This document shows positions 1-10,890 of a stretch of DNA of 32,000 bases, one piece after another. The stretch's first letter is position 1, and each line of letters opens with the position of its first letter. The DNA lies in contig NC_017262.1 in assembly GCF_000175255.2 (NCBI RefSeq), positions 1,800,001 to 1,832,000 of the forward strand, given 5' to 3'. Both the position numbers and the translations under genes were made by a program. This DNA comes from Zymomonas mobilis subsp. mobilis ATCC 10988. GTDB taxonomy: Bacteria; Pseudomonadota; Alphaproteobacteria; Sphingomonadales; Sphingomonadaceae. The notes under the pieces were generated by a model that was not told the origin of the DNA, searched no databases, and worked only from the letters and a program-made list of their open reading frames with translations.

Positions 1-137
1 GTCTTCAACCACAAACCTTCAAGAACAGCCAGATAAGCTGCAAGGCCAATAGAAAAAGCCGGAAAGATAATATGAAAGCCCACCGTGAATGCAAATTGTA
101 TTCGGGCGAGCATTAAAGCGGTCGCATCTGGTACCAT
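1..137 (-). CDS. cydA: Cytochrome bd ubiquinol oxidase subunit I, N-terminus (truncated by the window edge)
   Basis: Manual reverse-strand translation from the ATG at 137 gives MVPDATALMLARIQFAFTVGFHIIFPAFSIGLAAYLAVLEGLWLKT, the typical CydA/CioA N-terminus. It is absent from the ORF track because the in-window part is short. Confidence 0.93.
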   Translation of the reverse strand, partial: MVPDATALMLARIQFAFTVGFHIIFPAFSIGLAAYLAVLEGLWLK

Positions 138-900
138 AGAAATGGCTCCGTCGATAATATTAGGAATTATTAGGGTCTACGGGCTTTTCTTCAGGGATCA
201 GCTTCCTGAATCTGTAAAATGCCCCCTATATATTATCAGTGTATTGATAGCATCGGGTATTGTGTCAATAGAGAATTTCTTGATCCTCGGGGGTAATAAT
301 CTCTATCCACAGTCTATTTATCTTCAATTGGGTTTAATTATCGTTTTATATTTCTTTAATTTTATTTATTTTTTTGATAAATTTTAAAATGTAATATGCC
401 CATGTCAGATTGTTTTGAGTATATTGCTGTAGTTATAGCATCTATTTATAAATCAATAACATTTTTTAAATAAAATAGTGATGAAGCGATTAAGGGCTTT
501 ATTTTAAAACTTGCCCATGAAATCACTGAATAGGGGCGATTTCAAAAGAAAGTCACGATAGGAACAAGGGAAAAGGGGCTTAGGTCTCAATATTGAAAAT
601 AACGATTTTTGAAATCGAATTATTTTCTATCTCTGATAACAGACCACCCGAGGGAACAGATATTTTCCGATTTTAGGGCTGTTGTGATTAAAAAGCCATA
701 TGAAAAAGGCTCAATTTATAATTTAAATATAGAGTATTCTATTATTCTTTTTCAAATGATTCTGTTTTTTGTTAGAGTTAGCTGATAAAAAGCCCGCGAC
801 CTTATTCTGCATTTTAATAATAGCTGTCAGATCGGGTCGAATTTTGTTAGATATATCTCCTAAGTCTTTCCTCGCTCATAGAATCAAAGGTTGAAGCGAC

Positions 901-3216
901 ATGACCATTTCCACCCTTGAAAAACCTGACATTGCCGCCGGACAGGCATCGAATGCCGAAACTCAACGGATGGACTCTGCCCTTGATCCGTGGCGGGGTT
1001 TTAAGGGGCGTAAATGGCAGCGAGAAATCGACACGCGTGATTTTATCCTGTCGAATGTCACCAGCTACACCGGCAACAGCGATTTTCTGGCCGGTATCAC
1101 GCCCAAGACAACCAAACTCTGGGAAAAATTACAAGTCTCTCTCGAGGCCGAACGGAAAACCCAAGGCGGTGTTCTCGATGTCGATACCTCCACGGTTTCC
1201 GATATCACGGCACATGCACCGGGCTTTATTGAAAAAGACCTTGAGGTCGTCGTTGGTTTACAGACCGATGCTCCGCTGAAACGGGCAATCATGCCTTTCG
1301 GCGGCTATCGCATGATTAAAAAAGGTCTGGAAGCCTATGGCTTCAAAGAAGATGAAAGCCTGTCAAAGATTTTTCCGGCTTTACGGAAAACCCATAATGA
1401 CGGTGTCTTTGATGTCTATACGCCGGAAATCATGGCTTGCCGCCGCTCCGGTATTATCACGGGTCTGCCGGATGCTTATGGTCGTGGCCGGATTATCGGT
1501 GACTATCGTCGGGTCGCGCTTTATGGCGTTGATTGCCTGATTGAAGACAAAAAAGAGCAGGGCAAGCGTCTGGAACGTAACCCCTTTGATGAAGAAACCA
1601 TCAAATTGCGGGAAGAAGTTGCTGAACAGATCAAGGCACTTCATGAATTGGCCGCAATGGCAAAAAGCTATGGCTATGACATTTCACAGCCTGCGGTAAC
1701 GGCACAGCAAGCGGTTCAATGGACATATTTTGCATATCTGGCAGCTGTTAAAGAAGCCAATGGTGCGGCGATGTCTTTGGGTCGGGTTTCGACCTTCCTC
1801 GACATCTATATCGAACGCGACTTGAAAGAAGGCCGGATTACCGAAGCCGAAGCGCAAGAGCTGGTTGACCAGTTCGTGATGAAGCTCCGCATTGTCCGCT
1901 TCCTCCGTACCCCTGAATATGACCAGTTATTCTCTGGCGATCCGACATGGGTCACGGAATCCTTGGGCGGTATGGCTATAGATGGCCGGACTTTGGTCAC
2001 AAAATCGAGCTTCCGCTTCTTGCATACTCTCGAAAATCTGGGACCCGCACCAGAACCGAATTTGACGGTTCTTTGGTCAGAAAATCTGCCTAAAGGCTTC
2101 AAAGATTACTGCGCCAAGATTTCGATCGACACCTCGTCAATCCAATATGAAAATGACGATCTGATGCGCTCTTATTGGGGCGATGATTACGGCATTGCTT
2201 GCTGTGTCTCGGCTATGCGCATCGGTAAACAGATGCAGTTCTTCGGGGCGCGCGCCAATCTCGCAAAAACACTGCTTTATGCCATCAATGGTGGCCGTGA
2301 TGAAAAAAGCGGTGTGCAGGTTGCGCCGGCCTTCGCGCCTGTCACGGGCGATATTCTGGATTACGAAGACGTCAAAAGCCGCATGGTTCAGATGATGGAA
2401 TGGCTGGCCAGCGTCTATATCAATGCTTTGAATGCCATTCACTTCATGCATGATAAATATATGTATGAACGGGTTGAAATGGCGCTCCATGATCTGGAAA
2501 TCTTGCGGACAATGGCTTGCGGTATCGCTGGCCTGTCTGTCGCCGCAGACAGCCTGTCCGCCATCAAACATGCCAAAGTTAAAATCATCCGTGACGAGCG
2601 CGGTTTAGCCACCGATTTTGAAATCGAAGGCGATTATCCGGCTTATGGTAACAATGATGACCGCGCCGATGAAATTGCGATTTGGCTGGTTGAAACCTTC
2701 ATGAATATGCTTCGGAAGCAGACGACTTATCGCCGTTCTGTTCCGACCCAGTCTATTCTGACGATCACTTCCAATGTGGTTTACGGTAAAAAGACCGGCA
2801 ATACGCCTGACGGCCGTCGGGCTGGTGAACCTTTTGCACCGGGTGCCAATCCAATGCATGGCCGCGATTTGAAAGGCCCCGTGGCCTCGATGGCGTCGGT
2901 TGCCAAATTGCCTTACGCCCATGCACAGGATGGTATCTCCAATACCTTCACCATCGTCCCCAATGCTTTGGGTATGAACAAGGAAGAACGGATTGATAAT
3001 CTTATCGGCTTGCTCTCCGGTTATTTCGGGGCAGGGGCGCATCATATGAATGTCAATGTGTTTGACCGGAATACTTTGCTGGATGCCGTCGATCATCCTG
3101 AAAAATATCCGCAATTAACCATCCGTGTTTCTGGTTATGCCGTCAATTTCGTGAAATTGACCCGTGAGCAGCAAATGGATGTTATCCACCGGACTTTCCA
3201 TGGCCTTGATAATTAA
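901..3216 (+). CDS. pflB: Formate C-acetyltransferase (pyruvate formate-lyase)
   Basis: 771 aa; catalytic Cys-Cys in 'IACCVSAM' and C-terminal glycyl-radical motif 'RVSGYAV'. Confidence 0.98.
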   Translation: MTISTLEKPDIAAGQASNAETQRMDSALDPWRGFKGRKWQREIDTRDFILSNVTSYTGNSDFLAGITPKTTKLWEKLQVSLEAERKTQGGVLDVDTSTVSDITAHAPGFIEKDLEVVVGLQTDAPLKRAIMPFGGYRMIKKGLEAYGFKEDESLSKIFPALRKTHNDGVFDVYTPEIMACRRSGIITGLPDAYGRGRIIGDYRRVALYGVDCLIEDKKEQGKRLERNPFDEETIKLREEVAEQIKALHELAAMAKSYGYDISQPAVTAQQAVQWTYFAYLAAVKEANGAAMSLGRVSTFLDIYIERDLKEGRITEAEAQELVDQFVMKLRIVRFLRTPEYDQLFSGDPTWVTESLGGMAIDGRTLVTKSSFRFLHTLENLGPAPEPNLTVLWSENLPKGFKDYCAKISIDTSSIQYENDDLMRSYWGDDYGIACCVSAMRIGKQMQFFGARANLAKTLLYAINGGRDEKSGVQVAPAFAPVTGDILDYEDVKSRMVQMMEWLASVYINALNAIHFMHDKYMYERVEMALHDLEILRTMACGIAGLSVAADSLSAIKHAKVKIIRDERGLATDFEIEGDYPAYGNNDDRADEIAIWLVETFMNMLRKQTTYRRSVPTQSILTITSNVVYGKKTGNTPDGRRAGEPFAPGANPMHGRDLKGPVASMASVAKLPYAHAQDGISNTFTIVPNALGMNKEERIDNLIGLLSGYFGAGAHHMNVNVFDRNTLLDAVDHPEKYPQLTIRVSGYAVNFVKLTREQQMDVIHRTFHGLDN

Positions 3217-3991
3217 AAGACCAGCCGTAACCAGCCTCGTTGAAGAGGCTGGTTGCGACAACACGCTTAAAGGGCGAATTCATTCGACTGAAATCGGCGG
3301 CGCAGTAGACGGGCCTGGGGTGCGTTTTGTGCTGTTCTTGGCGGGTTGCGCTTTGCGCTGCCAATATTGCCATAACCCCGATAGCTGGTTTCTGAAAAAT
3401 GGTCGTGCGGTAACCTTGGCCGAAATGATGGAAGAGGTCGCCTCCTATGCCGATTTTTTAAAACGGGCAGGCGGCGGCATCACCATCAGCGGTGGGGAAC
3501 CTCTGGTTCAGCCCGAATTTACAGGCGCGCTTTTAAAGGCTGCCAAATATCTGGGACTTCATACCGCGATTGATACCGCCGGTTTTCTGGGGGCACAGGC
3601 GGATGATGCCTTGCTTTCCAATACCGATCTTGTTCTTTTGGATATCAAAGCCTTTAACGATAAACGCTATAAGGCACTTACCGGCGTTGAACTGCAACCG
3701 ACTCTTGCCTTTGCTAAACGGCTCGCCGCTCTGAAAAAGCCAGTCTGGCTGCGTTATGTTTTGGTGCCGGGTTTAACTGACAATTTTAATGAGATCGCCA
3801 ATCTTGCCGATTTTGCTGCCACTTTAGGCAATATCGAGCGGGTGGACGTGCTGCCTTTTCACAAAATGGGCGAATATAAATGGAAAGCGAGCGGCCTCGC
3901 TTATAAATTGGGTGATACGCAACCCCCATCGCCCGCTTTGGTTGAAGATGTCCGTGGCATTTTTCGCGATAATGGCTTAAATCTGTCCTGA
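3164..3991 (+). CDS. pflA: Pyruvate formate-lyase-activating enzyme (radical SAM)
   Basis: Radical SAM motif 'CALRCQYC', '[12 protein letters not shown]', directly downstream of pflB. The true start may be internal, e.g. the ATG at 3200. Confidence 0.95.
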   Translation: MSSKWMLSTGLSMALIIKRPAVTSLVEEAGCDNTLKGRIHSTEIGGAVDGPGVRFVLFLAGCALRCQYCHNPDSWFLKNGRAVTLAEMMEEVASYADFLKRAGGGITISGGEPLVQPEFTGALLKAAKYLGLHTAIDTAGFLGAQADDALLSNTDLVLLDIKAFNDKRYKALTGVELQPTLAFAKRLAALKKPVWLRYVLVPGLTDNFNEIANLADFAATLGNIERVDVLPFHKMGEYKWKASGLAYKLGDTQPPSPALVEDVRGIFRDNGLNLS

Positions 3992-4149
3992 TAAGCACAG
4001 CTTATTGAAAATCAATCGCAATATCTTGACAGCTTCTTCCTCTTTCCATCATAGCCTAGCCTATATTGGGTGACTGCTGTTGCTTGGGATATTGTCCGGC
4101 AACCAGTAAAGGGCATTTCTATGCCTGTTGTCCTATCGGGGGGAAAAAG

Positions 4150-6573
4150 GTGACTTATCAGGATATGACAGCATCCGAATGGAGAAAATATTACCAGCAT
4201 TTCTTGGTAACCTCTGTTTTTCTAGCCGGAATAAGCGGGGTATTTCCGATCCACCCTGCTCATGCTGAAACTCAAGAATCTCCAAAATCCTCTGATAAAA
4301 CGTCCTCTAAAAATGACGCGATTATTGTGACAGGCCGTCCGCTTTTCAAAACTGCCAATGGCTTTTCAGTCAACGATATTGGCGGCGGCTTGATACAGAA
4401 AGAAACCGAAACCCGATCGGTCAGCCATATCTCAACCGATTTCATCCAAAAACAAGCGCCCACCGCGAACGCCTTTGATCTGGTAGCAATGTTACCGGGG
4501 GCGAATGTCACGTCTTCCGACCCGTTAGGCTTTTCAACCCAGACCAATATCACGATCCGTGGATTAAGCGGCGATGCCATTGGCTATGTGCTGGAAGGTA
4601 TGCCGCTAAATGATGTCGCCTATTATACCGGCTATCCCACGCAATTCGCGGATAGTGAAAACTACCAACAGATTGGCCTCGCCCAAGGCTCTGCTGATCT
4701 CGACAGTCCGGTTTTAAACGCCGCCGGTGGTGTGATGAATCTGAATTTTCGAAAACCGGCTGATAAAATGGGCGGCTATGCCGATTTCTCTTATGGTTCT
4801 TATAATACCAACCGCCAATTTCTGCGTTTCGATATGGGCGAAATCGGTCATAGCGGTGTGAAAGGCTTCGTTTCCTATTCCCATGCCCGAACCGATAACT
4901 GGCGCGGGGCAGGCTATGATGAAAAACAGCATGTCGATTTCAAATTCCTAAAGGAATGGGGACAAGACAGCCATGTTTCACTATTAGGCACATGGAATAA
5001 AGGCATCACCAGCTATTATCCCCAAGTCGATAAACAAAGCTGGAAAGAAAACGGCATTTCGGGCAGTAACAATCTGGCATCCCGTTACAATGTCAATAAT
5101 GACGCAGCGGGTAGCGATTATTGGCGGCTATACCGCGCACCAGAAGAAATCTTTTATCTGGCGGCTCCGATAGATGTTCGACTGGCCTCTAATCTCAAAT
5201 TAAAAGTCACGCCTTATGGCCAATGGGACAGGGGAAATGTCCCAGCCGGTTCGACATTGAATAATAGCGGGTTATGGAATGGCACCGAAGCTATCGCGGG
5301 GACAATCAACCTTCCCAATGCGACAGATGGCACAGCAACGGTTCGCTCCAACTATACCCAACGCTCGGCAAGGGCAGGGGTGAATGCCAGTGCCACTTGG
5401 TCACTGAAAAATCATGATCTGACTTTGGGCTATTGGTTCGACTATTCGGCAGACAAAGAACAGAACAGCTTTACCCCTGTTGATAGTAACGGCCATGCCT
5501 CCAATCTCTGGGCAGACCGTCATTCGACATTGATTAAAATGCCGGATGGTTCGCCCTTATTGGGGACAAATAACCGCACCCATACTTATGTGAATGCCGT
5601 TTATCTCGGCGATCATATGACTTTTCTGCAAAATAGACTGACTTTTGATATCGGCTTTAAAGAAGTCATCATGACGCGACATGGCTATAACTATCTCCCG
5701 GGTTCGCAACATAAGGCAAATTTCTCGACCTCGGAACCGCTGCCAAGGTTAGGGCTGCGCTACCAGATTGACAGTAAAAGCCATGTCTTTTTCAGTGCTT
5801 CAACCAATTTCCGAACCGCTGATGAAACCGCCCTTTATAATAGTTACGATCCCACTAGTGGCGATATCATCGTAAACGGTAATAAAAATCTGAAAAACGA
5901 ATATTCGGTATCCGAAGAATTGGGCTATCGCTATTCCGATGCTTTGGTGACGGGCAGTTTGACCCTGTTCAATTACAATTTTTCCAATCGGCAATTACAG
6001 ACCGTGATAGTCCAGAATGGCTCACATATTCAGTCAACCATCAATGCCGGAAACCAGATTTCTCGCGGGGTTGATTTTGAAATCGGGCTTGCACCTTGGC
6101 ATCATATCAGCCCCTATCTATCGGGCGAATATTTATATACGCGCCAGACCAGCGATCTTACCGTTGGCGATGACCTCTTGCCCACCAAAGGCAAAAGAGC
6201 CGTGCGTAGCCCTGCATTCCAAGGCTCTTTAGGCGTTACCTATGACGATCATCATTTCTTTGGCATGGCCAGCGTCAAATATACTGGCTCCCAATATGGC
6301 AGCTTCATGAATGATGAAAAAATTCCGGCTTATGTCACCGGCAATATTTCGGTCGGCTATCGCTTTACACAGGAAGCCTTCCTGAAACATCCTGAAATCC
6401 GGCTAAACTTTATCAATATCGGAAACAACCATTATCTGTCCGGGATTGCCAGCCCGACCGCCAATGCCCAAGATACGATTGGACGGAATGGCACCGTCAT
6501 TTCAGGCAGCGCTCCGCAATATTATATTGGCGGCGGCTTTGCGGTTCTGGCTTCCCTCAGCAGCGCATTCTGA
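4150..6573 (+). CDS. TonB-dependent outer-membrane receptor
   Basis: Signal peptide-like N-terminus (FLVTSVFLAGISGVFPIHPAHA), plug motifs ('NITIRGLSGDAIGYVLEGMPLND') and a beta-barrel C-terminus. A GTG at 4150 with an upstream G-rich RBS is more plausible than the track start at 4066. Confidence 0.93.
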   Translation: MTYQDMTASEWRKYYQHFLVTSVFLAGISGVFPIHPAHAETQESPKSSDKTSSKNDAIIVTGRPLFKTANGFSVNDIGGGLIQKETETRSVSHISTDFIQKQAPTANAFDLVAMLPGANVTSSDPLGFSTQTNITIRGLSGDAIGYVLEGMPLNDVAYYTGYPTQFADSENYQQIGLAQGSADLDSPVLNAAGGVMNLNFRKPADKMGGYADFSYGSYNTNRQFLRFDMGEIGHSGVKGFVSYSHARTDNWRGAGYDEKQHVDFKFLKEWGQDSHVSLLGTWNKGITSYYPQVDKQSWKENGISGSNNLASRYNVNNDAAGSDYWRLYRAPEEIFYLAAPIDVRLASNLKLKVTPYGQWDRGNVPAGSTLNNSGLWNGTEAIAGTINLPNATDGTATVRSNYTQRSARAGVNASATWSLKNHDLTLGYWFDYSADKEQNSFTPVDSNGHASNLWADRHSTLIKMPDGSPLLGTNNRTHTYVNAVYLGDHMTFLQNRLTFDIGFKEVIMTRHGYNYLPGSQHKANFSTSEPLPRLGLRYQIDSKSHVFFSASTNFRTADETALYNSYDPTSGDIIVNGNKNLKNEYSVSEELGYRYSDALVTGSLTLFNYNFSNRQLQTVIVQNGSHIQSTINAGNQISRGVDFEIGLAPWHHISPYLSGEYLYTRQTSDLTVGDDLLPTKGKRAVRSPAFQGSLGVTYDDHHFFGMASVKYTGSQYGSFMNDEKIPAYVTGNISVGYRFTQEAFLKHPEIRLNFINIGNNHYLSGIASPTANAQDTIGRNGTVISGSAPQYYIGGGFAVLASLSSAF

Positions 6574-6585
6574 TATCAGCCAGTC

Positions 6586-7758
6586 ATGGCAATAAAAGAT
6601 GACGGCATGACAGAAGCAGCCCATAAGGCAGTGCATCAGTTTGGAGTTTCCGGCTATCAGACGGAACGGGACTGGCCTTATCTGACAATATTGGAAATAA
6701 ACGCGGTTTTGGCGTCTTTCAGCGAGCAGGGTAAAGCCATAAAAATCCTGTCCCATAGCCGGCGGCCTTATTCTGCTGCGGCCTTATTTGAAACTGACCA
6801 GAAACAGACGTTTTTTATCAAACGCCATCATCACAAAATCAGAAATAAGACCGAACTTTTAAAAGAACATCTTTTTGCTCGTCATCTGGCACAAAAATCT
6901 TTCCCGATCAGCACGCCTATGATGGCCGATCATAACCAAACGGTTATTGAAAAAGAGCCGTGGATTTATGAAATTCATCCCCAAGCCCAAGGCGTAGATC
7001 TCTATCAGGATGTGATGTCATGGGAGCCTTTTTTTAACCGCGACCATGCTTATGAAGCTGGGCGAATGCTGGCACTTTTCCATCAAGCCGCCCAAGGTTT
7101 TAATGAATCCCCACGTCATCATGCGTTATTAGTCTCGGCAGGCGATACGCTGTTGCATGATGATTTTATCAAGGCTTTATCCGAATGGATAACGGCGCAG
7201 CCGGAATTATTAAAACAGCTTGAAGGCAAAAACTGGCAGCAAGACATCGCCGAAAATATTCTGCCTTTTCATCATCAATTACAGCCTTTGATCGCCGACA
7301 TCACCCCGCTTTGGGGGCATGGCGATTGGCAAAGCTCTAATCTGATGTGGACAGGAAGCAATCCCAAAGCCAAGGTCAGTTGTGTCCTTGATCTCGGTAT
7401 GGCTGATTATAGTTCGGCGATGTTTGACCTTGCAACGGCGATAGAACGAAATGTCATCGCATGGCTGGATATGGATAGCCGCCAAGATATCGTGATTTAT
7501 GATCAGCTTTTCGCCCTGTTGCGTGGCTATCATCATATCAAACCGTTATCCGAAATGGATAAACAGCTACTTTCCGCCTTTATGCCGCTGTTGCATGTCG
7601 AATATGCCTTGTCTGAAATTGTCTATTTTGGGGCGCTGCTCCAAGACAGGACTTCAGCTGATATCGCTTATTATGATTATTTGTTGGGGCATAGCCGCTG
7701 GTTCTCTGGGCAAGAAGGCCGGCAGCTTTTACAAAAAATAATCCATTTCGAGGCGTGA
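6586..7758 (+). CDS. APH/choline kinase-like phosphotransferase family protein
   Basis: 'PLWGHGDWQSSNLMW' (HGDxxxxN catalytic loop) and 'CVLDLGMADYSSAMFDLATAIERN' (DxG/D metal-binding region). It starts 13 nt after the TonB receptor gene. Confidence 0.8.
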   Translation: MAIKDDGMTEAAHKAVHQFGVSGYQTERDWPYLTILEINAVLASFSEQGKAIKILSHSRRPYSAAALFETDQKQTFFIKRHHHKIRNKTELLKEHLFARHLAQKSFPISTPMMADHNQTVIEKEPWIYEIHPQAQGVDLYQDVMSWEPFFNRDHAYEAGRMLALFHQAAQGFNESPRHHALLVSAGDTLLHDDFIKALSEWITAQPELLKQLEGKNWQQDIAENILPFHHQLQPLIADITPLWGHGDWQSSNLMWTGSNPKAKVSCVLDLGMADYSSAMFDLATAIERNVIAWLDMDSRQDIVIYDQLFALLRGYHHIKPLSEMDKQLLSAFMPLLHVEYALSEIVYFGALLQDRTSADIAYYDYLLGHSRWFSGQEGRQLLQKIIHFEA

Positions 7759-7764
7759 TCTCGC

Positions 7765-8088
7765 TTATAAAGAGCGAGGCATCCATAGGATAATCGCTGC
7801 TCCAACCAAGCAAAAGGCTGCACCGATCAAATCCCAATGATCGGGCGGGGTTGCTTCGACTTTCCAAGACCATAACAGGCTCATGATGATATAAATACCG
7901 CCATAGACGGCATAGGCCTTACCGGCATTTTCGGCCGGACTAAAGGTCAATAGCCAAGCAAACAGCAAAAGCGACGCTATCCCCGGCAAAAGCCATAATG
8001 GCGATTTATGTAACCTAATCCACGCCCAAAAAGAAAAGCAGCCTGTAATTTCAGCCAAAGCCGCCGGAATATAAAGAAGGGCTAACAT
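7765..8088 (-). CDS. YnfA/UPF0060 family small membrane protein
   Basis: From the internal Met ([26 protein letters not shown]...[12 protein letters not shown]...[16 protein letters not shown]) the protein is 107 aa, typical of YnfA. The track ORF extends further upstream to 8166. Confidence 0.9.
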   Translation of the reverse strand: MLALLYIPAALAEITGCFSFWAWIRLHKSPLWLLPGIASLLLFAWLLTFSPAENAGKAYAVYGGIYIIMSLLWSWKVEATPPDHWDLIGAAFCLVGAAIILWMPRSL

Positions 8089-8557
8089 GGGAATACCTCG
8101 GGATCGAAAGGGATAAGAGGCCGACAGGCCTTTCAATAAAACCCGCCCCCCAACAGTGATAGCCAACCTGATTTTATATAGATCAAGCGACCGCCTTTTA
8201 AAATCATCTTCCTGACAGAAAAACAGACTTCGCTTTAAAGACGAAGAAAAAGGCTCAAAAAATCAAAATCCAATATTTTTTATGCTGCCGTCATGTGAAA
8301 GGAGCAAATTCTTTCCCTTTGATCGAAATGTATAAAAAAAGGTAGAAAGGACAGTCCCGCTCCCATTTCAAAACGCCTATCCAGCCGCCAAGATTGCCCT
8401 CTTGTCGCTGATACAAAAACCAATTTTATCCCTTAAATCACCTGTGCTTGCCTCGGCATCGCTCCCTTTGCTATCCAAACGGTTATACTATTCGCTTTCA
8501 TCGCTTTGCTTCCAAGGCTAAGCCGGTATCAGCCTTGTTGAGAAAAGAGATTTCATC

Positions 8558-9124
8558 GTGTCCGTTTTGGAATGGCTGGCCGTTTTGACCAGTCTTTTAG
8601 GTATTGTTTTTTCGACCCGACAAATTCGGATATGTTGGCTATTTTATGGAATATCTTCACTGCTTTATGGCAAGATTTTCTTCTCGATAAAGCTTTATGC
8701 CGACTGCCTCTTACAAATCTTCTTCTTTTTTTCCAGTATCTACGGCTGGTTTCACTGGCATCATTATCAAAAAGCCGACAAAATGACGGTGATAACGGCC
8801 TCACACAAAAGCCTGTTGCGCGATATCGCAATGGCGGGGGCGCTTTCGGCTATCTTTGGCTTTTACCTCAAAAATTATACCGATGATGCCTTTCCGTGGC
8901 TGGATGCGCTTTTAAGCTGTTACAGCATTGTCGCGCAATTTTGGGCAGCGCGACTGTATAAAGCGAATTGGTTTCTCTGGATTGTCATTGATTTTTGCTA
9001 CACCGCTTTATTTTGCTACCGTGGCTTATGGCTGACGGCTTGGCTTTATTCGGTTTTTATGGTGATGGCCGTGATAGGGCTAAAAAAATGGCAGAATAAA
9101 AATCCTGCCGTAGCTTGTGACTGA
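8558..9124 (+). CDS. PnuC-family vitamin/nucleoside transporter
   Basis: Multi-TM protein of 188 aa with PnuC features ('YGWFHWHHY', 'QFWAARLYKANWFLWIVIDF'). Confidence 0.87.
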   Translation: MSVLEWLAVLTSLLGIVFSTRQIRICWLFYGISSLLYGKIFFSIKLYADCLLQIFFFFSSIYGWFHWHHYQKADKMTVITASHKSLLRDIAMAGALSAIFGFYLKNYTDDAFPWLDALLSCYSIVAQFWAARLYKANWFLWIVIDFCYTALFCYRGLWLTAWLYSVFMVMAVIGLKKWQNKNPAVACD

Positions 9125-9141
9125 TATTGTAAGGGAGTAAA

Positions 9142-9217
<76 letters not shown>

Positions 9218-9348
9218 ACTATTATTTCAAAACCATCATAGAATGGCCTGTGAGGGCGCTATTAACAAAAAAAACGGCCTTTGCAAATGTTTTTTTCAAA
9301 AACTTTGCCCATTCTTTTGAAAATAGCGCTTTTATAGGCCTGTTTTCG

Positions 9349-10332
9349 TTATTTTTTCTTTTTCCCTAAAGCATAGGCAAAGGTAATCCGGCTCGTCGTA
9401 TCGACTGGATTTTTCGATGCCGAGACATCTTTTTCATAATAAACGCTAAAGGACAATTTGGTGGACAAATTGCCGATCAGCTTGGTCTCAAGCGAGGTTG
9501 TCGAACTGGCGGTAATATCTTTGCTTTCAAAGAAGATCGAAGAATCTTCCGATACGGTCAACAAAGGTGACACAACCCATTTTGTGGTGAAAGATCCACG
9601 CATAGCCGCGGTGTCTCTTATCCGGCGGCCATTCGGTCTTGAACTGTCAATAAAGATCGTATGACGATAGGCCGGGCCCCCTTCAACCGCCAATGACAGA
9701 TTAGGCTGATCAAAGACTTTGTAACCGATACCGCTACCGCCTGTAATACGGGTGCGATAGCCCAAGAACATATCCCGCTCGTAAAGAGCCAGACCATACA
9801 TATAAAGCCGCTCGTCAAATTTATAATGCGGCTGATAAGAAGCAGTAAAGCGTTCAGCGGAAGTCGTTCCATAGGTGCGCTGGAAATCGGTTCTTGCCTT
9901 GACGGTATGGGTCCAGTTGATACCATTTCGTTCAAGGGCGACCGCCCCGTAAATAGCGGTCTGACGGGTGTTACCCGTCATTTTTGCGCCGCCTAACTCA
10001 ACAGACCCTGTCCAGTTTTCAAACATACCAGAATCGGCAACCCGCCGTAATTCCTTGCGTTTCTTTTCGGCTTCGCGGGCTTCAACTTTGGTGTTGTAAT
10101 CCGCTACCATCGCATCAATTTCAGCCGCAGAATCAGGAACCGTTTTTTTTGCAATCAGGACGATAGATTTAACCGTTTTCGGATCATCAAGGGCTAAAGC
10201 CTTAGTCACCATTTCTTGAATCAGCTTTGGGGGTTCTTCTGCCCAGACCTCACTGACTGGAACTAACGATAGAAGAACGGCACCCTGCGATATTCTCCAA
10301 AGTAACCAAGGCGAGATCGTCCTGGATTGCAA
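9349..10332 (-). CDS. DUF481 (YdiY-like) outer-membrane protein
   Basis: 'GSVELGGAKMTGNTRQTAIYG', 'YMYGLALYERDMFLGYRTRITGGSGIGYKVF' and alternating beta-barrel pattern typical of DUF481. Confidence 0.82.
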   Translation of the reverse strand: MQSRTISPWLLWRISQGAVLLSLVPVSEVWAEEPPKLIQEMVTKALALDDPKTVKSIVLIAKKTVPDSAAEIDAMVADYNTKVEAREAEKKRKELRRVADSGMFENWTGSVELGGAKMTGNTRQTAIYGAVALERNGINWTHTVKARTDFQRTYGTTSAERFTASYQPHYKFDERLYMYGLALYERDMFLGYRTRITGGSGIGYKVFDQPNLSLAVEGGPAYRHTIFIDSSRPNGRRIRDTAAMRGSFTTKWVVSPLLTVSEDSSIFFESKDITASSTTSLETKLIGNLSTKLSFSVYYEKDVSASKNPVDTTSRITFAYALGKKKK

Positions 10333-10356
10333 ATTGTCCTCCCGATGAAAAAAGAA

Positions 10357-10824
10357 TTAAAGGCTGGCTGAAAATTCGGACAGTATTTTTTCGTAAAGCG
10401 GTTTTTTGAAAGCAACGATCAAATCGGGTAACTGCTTGGGTTCAACCCATTTCCATGCCCGAAATTCCGGTTTATCCGTGTTGATATTGATATCTTCATC
10501 CCGTCCCAAATAACGGGCAAGAAACCATAATTGCCGCTGACCGCGATATTTGTTCTTAAAAAAAGAAGCCTGTAAATCCGCTGGAAAATCATAGGTCAGC
10601 CATTCTTTGGTATGGCTAATAATGGCAACCATGCGCGGCGGAATACCGGTTTCTTCTTCTAATTCACGCAAAACGCCGACCTCTGGCGTTTCTTTTGCTT
10701 CCAATCCCCCCTGAGGCATCTGCCATGCCTCTTCTTTCATGTCATTTCTACAGGCAGCAAAGACAAGATTGTCTTTATTTAATAACATGATACCCACGCC
10801 AGACCGGTATTCAAGATTATCCAT
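10357..10824 (-). CDS. rppH: RNA pyrophosphohydrolase (Nudix hydrolase)
   Basis: 'YRSGVGIMLLNKDNLVFAACR', 'WQMPQGGLEAKETPEVGVLRELEEETGI' Nudix box. Confidence 0.92.
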   Translation of the reverse strand: MDNLEYRSGVGIMLLNKDNLVFAACRNDMKEEAWQMPQGGLEAKETPEVGVLRELEEETGIPPRMVAIISHTKEWLTYDFPADLQASFFKNKYRGQRQLWFLARYLGRDEDININTDKPEFRAWKWVEPKQLPDLIVAFKKPLYEKILSEFSASL

Positions 10825-10890
10825 CGGCTCTTCCTTTTATTTCCAAGTAATGAGGCTAAAATAACACGAAATAAAATCGCTTATTTCTAT

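Noticed and set aside
2605-3114. 169-aa minus-strand ORF antisense to pflB
   Set aside because: Lies entirely within a clearly coding pflB; no recognisable domain. Typical shadow ORF of a GC-rich gene.
3992-4149. Possible riboswitch (TPP or cobalamin) upstream of the TonB receptor
   Set aside because: No CTGAGA...ACCTGAT-type TPP core and no recognisable B12-box seen by eye. An Infernal/Rfam scan would be needed to overturn this.
8170-8557. Possible vitamin riboswitch upstream of the PnuC-like gene
   Set aside because: No recognisable TPP or NAD+ riboswitch consensus by eye; only AT-rich intergenic sequence.
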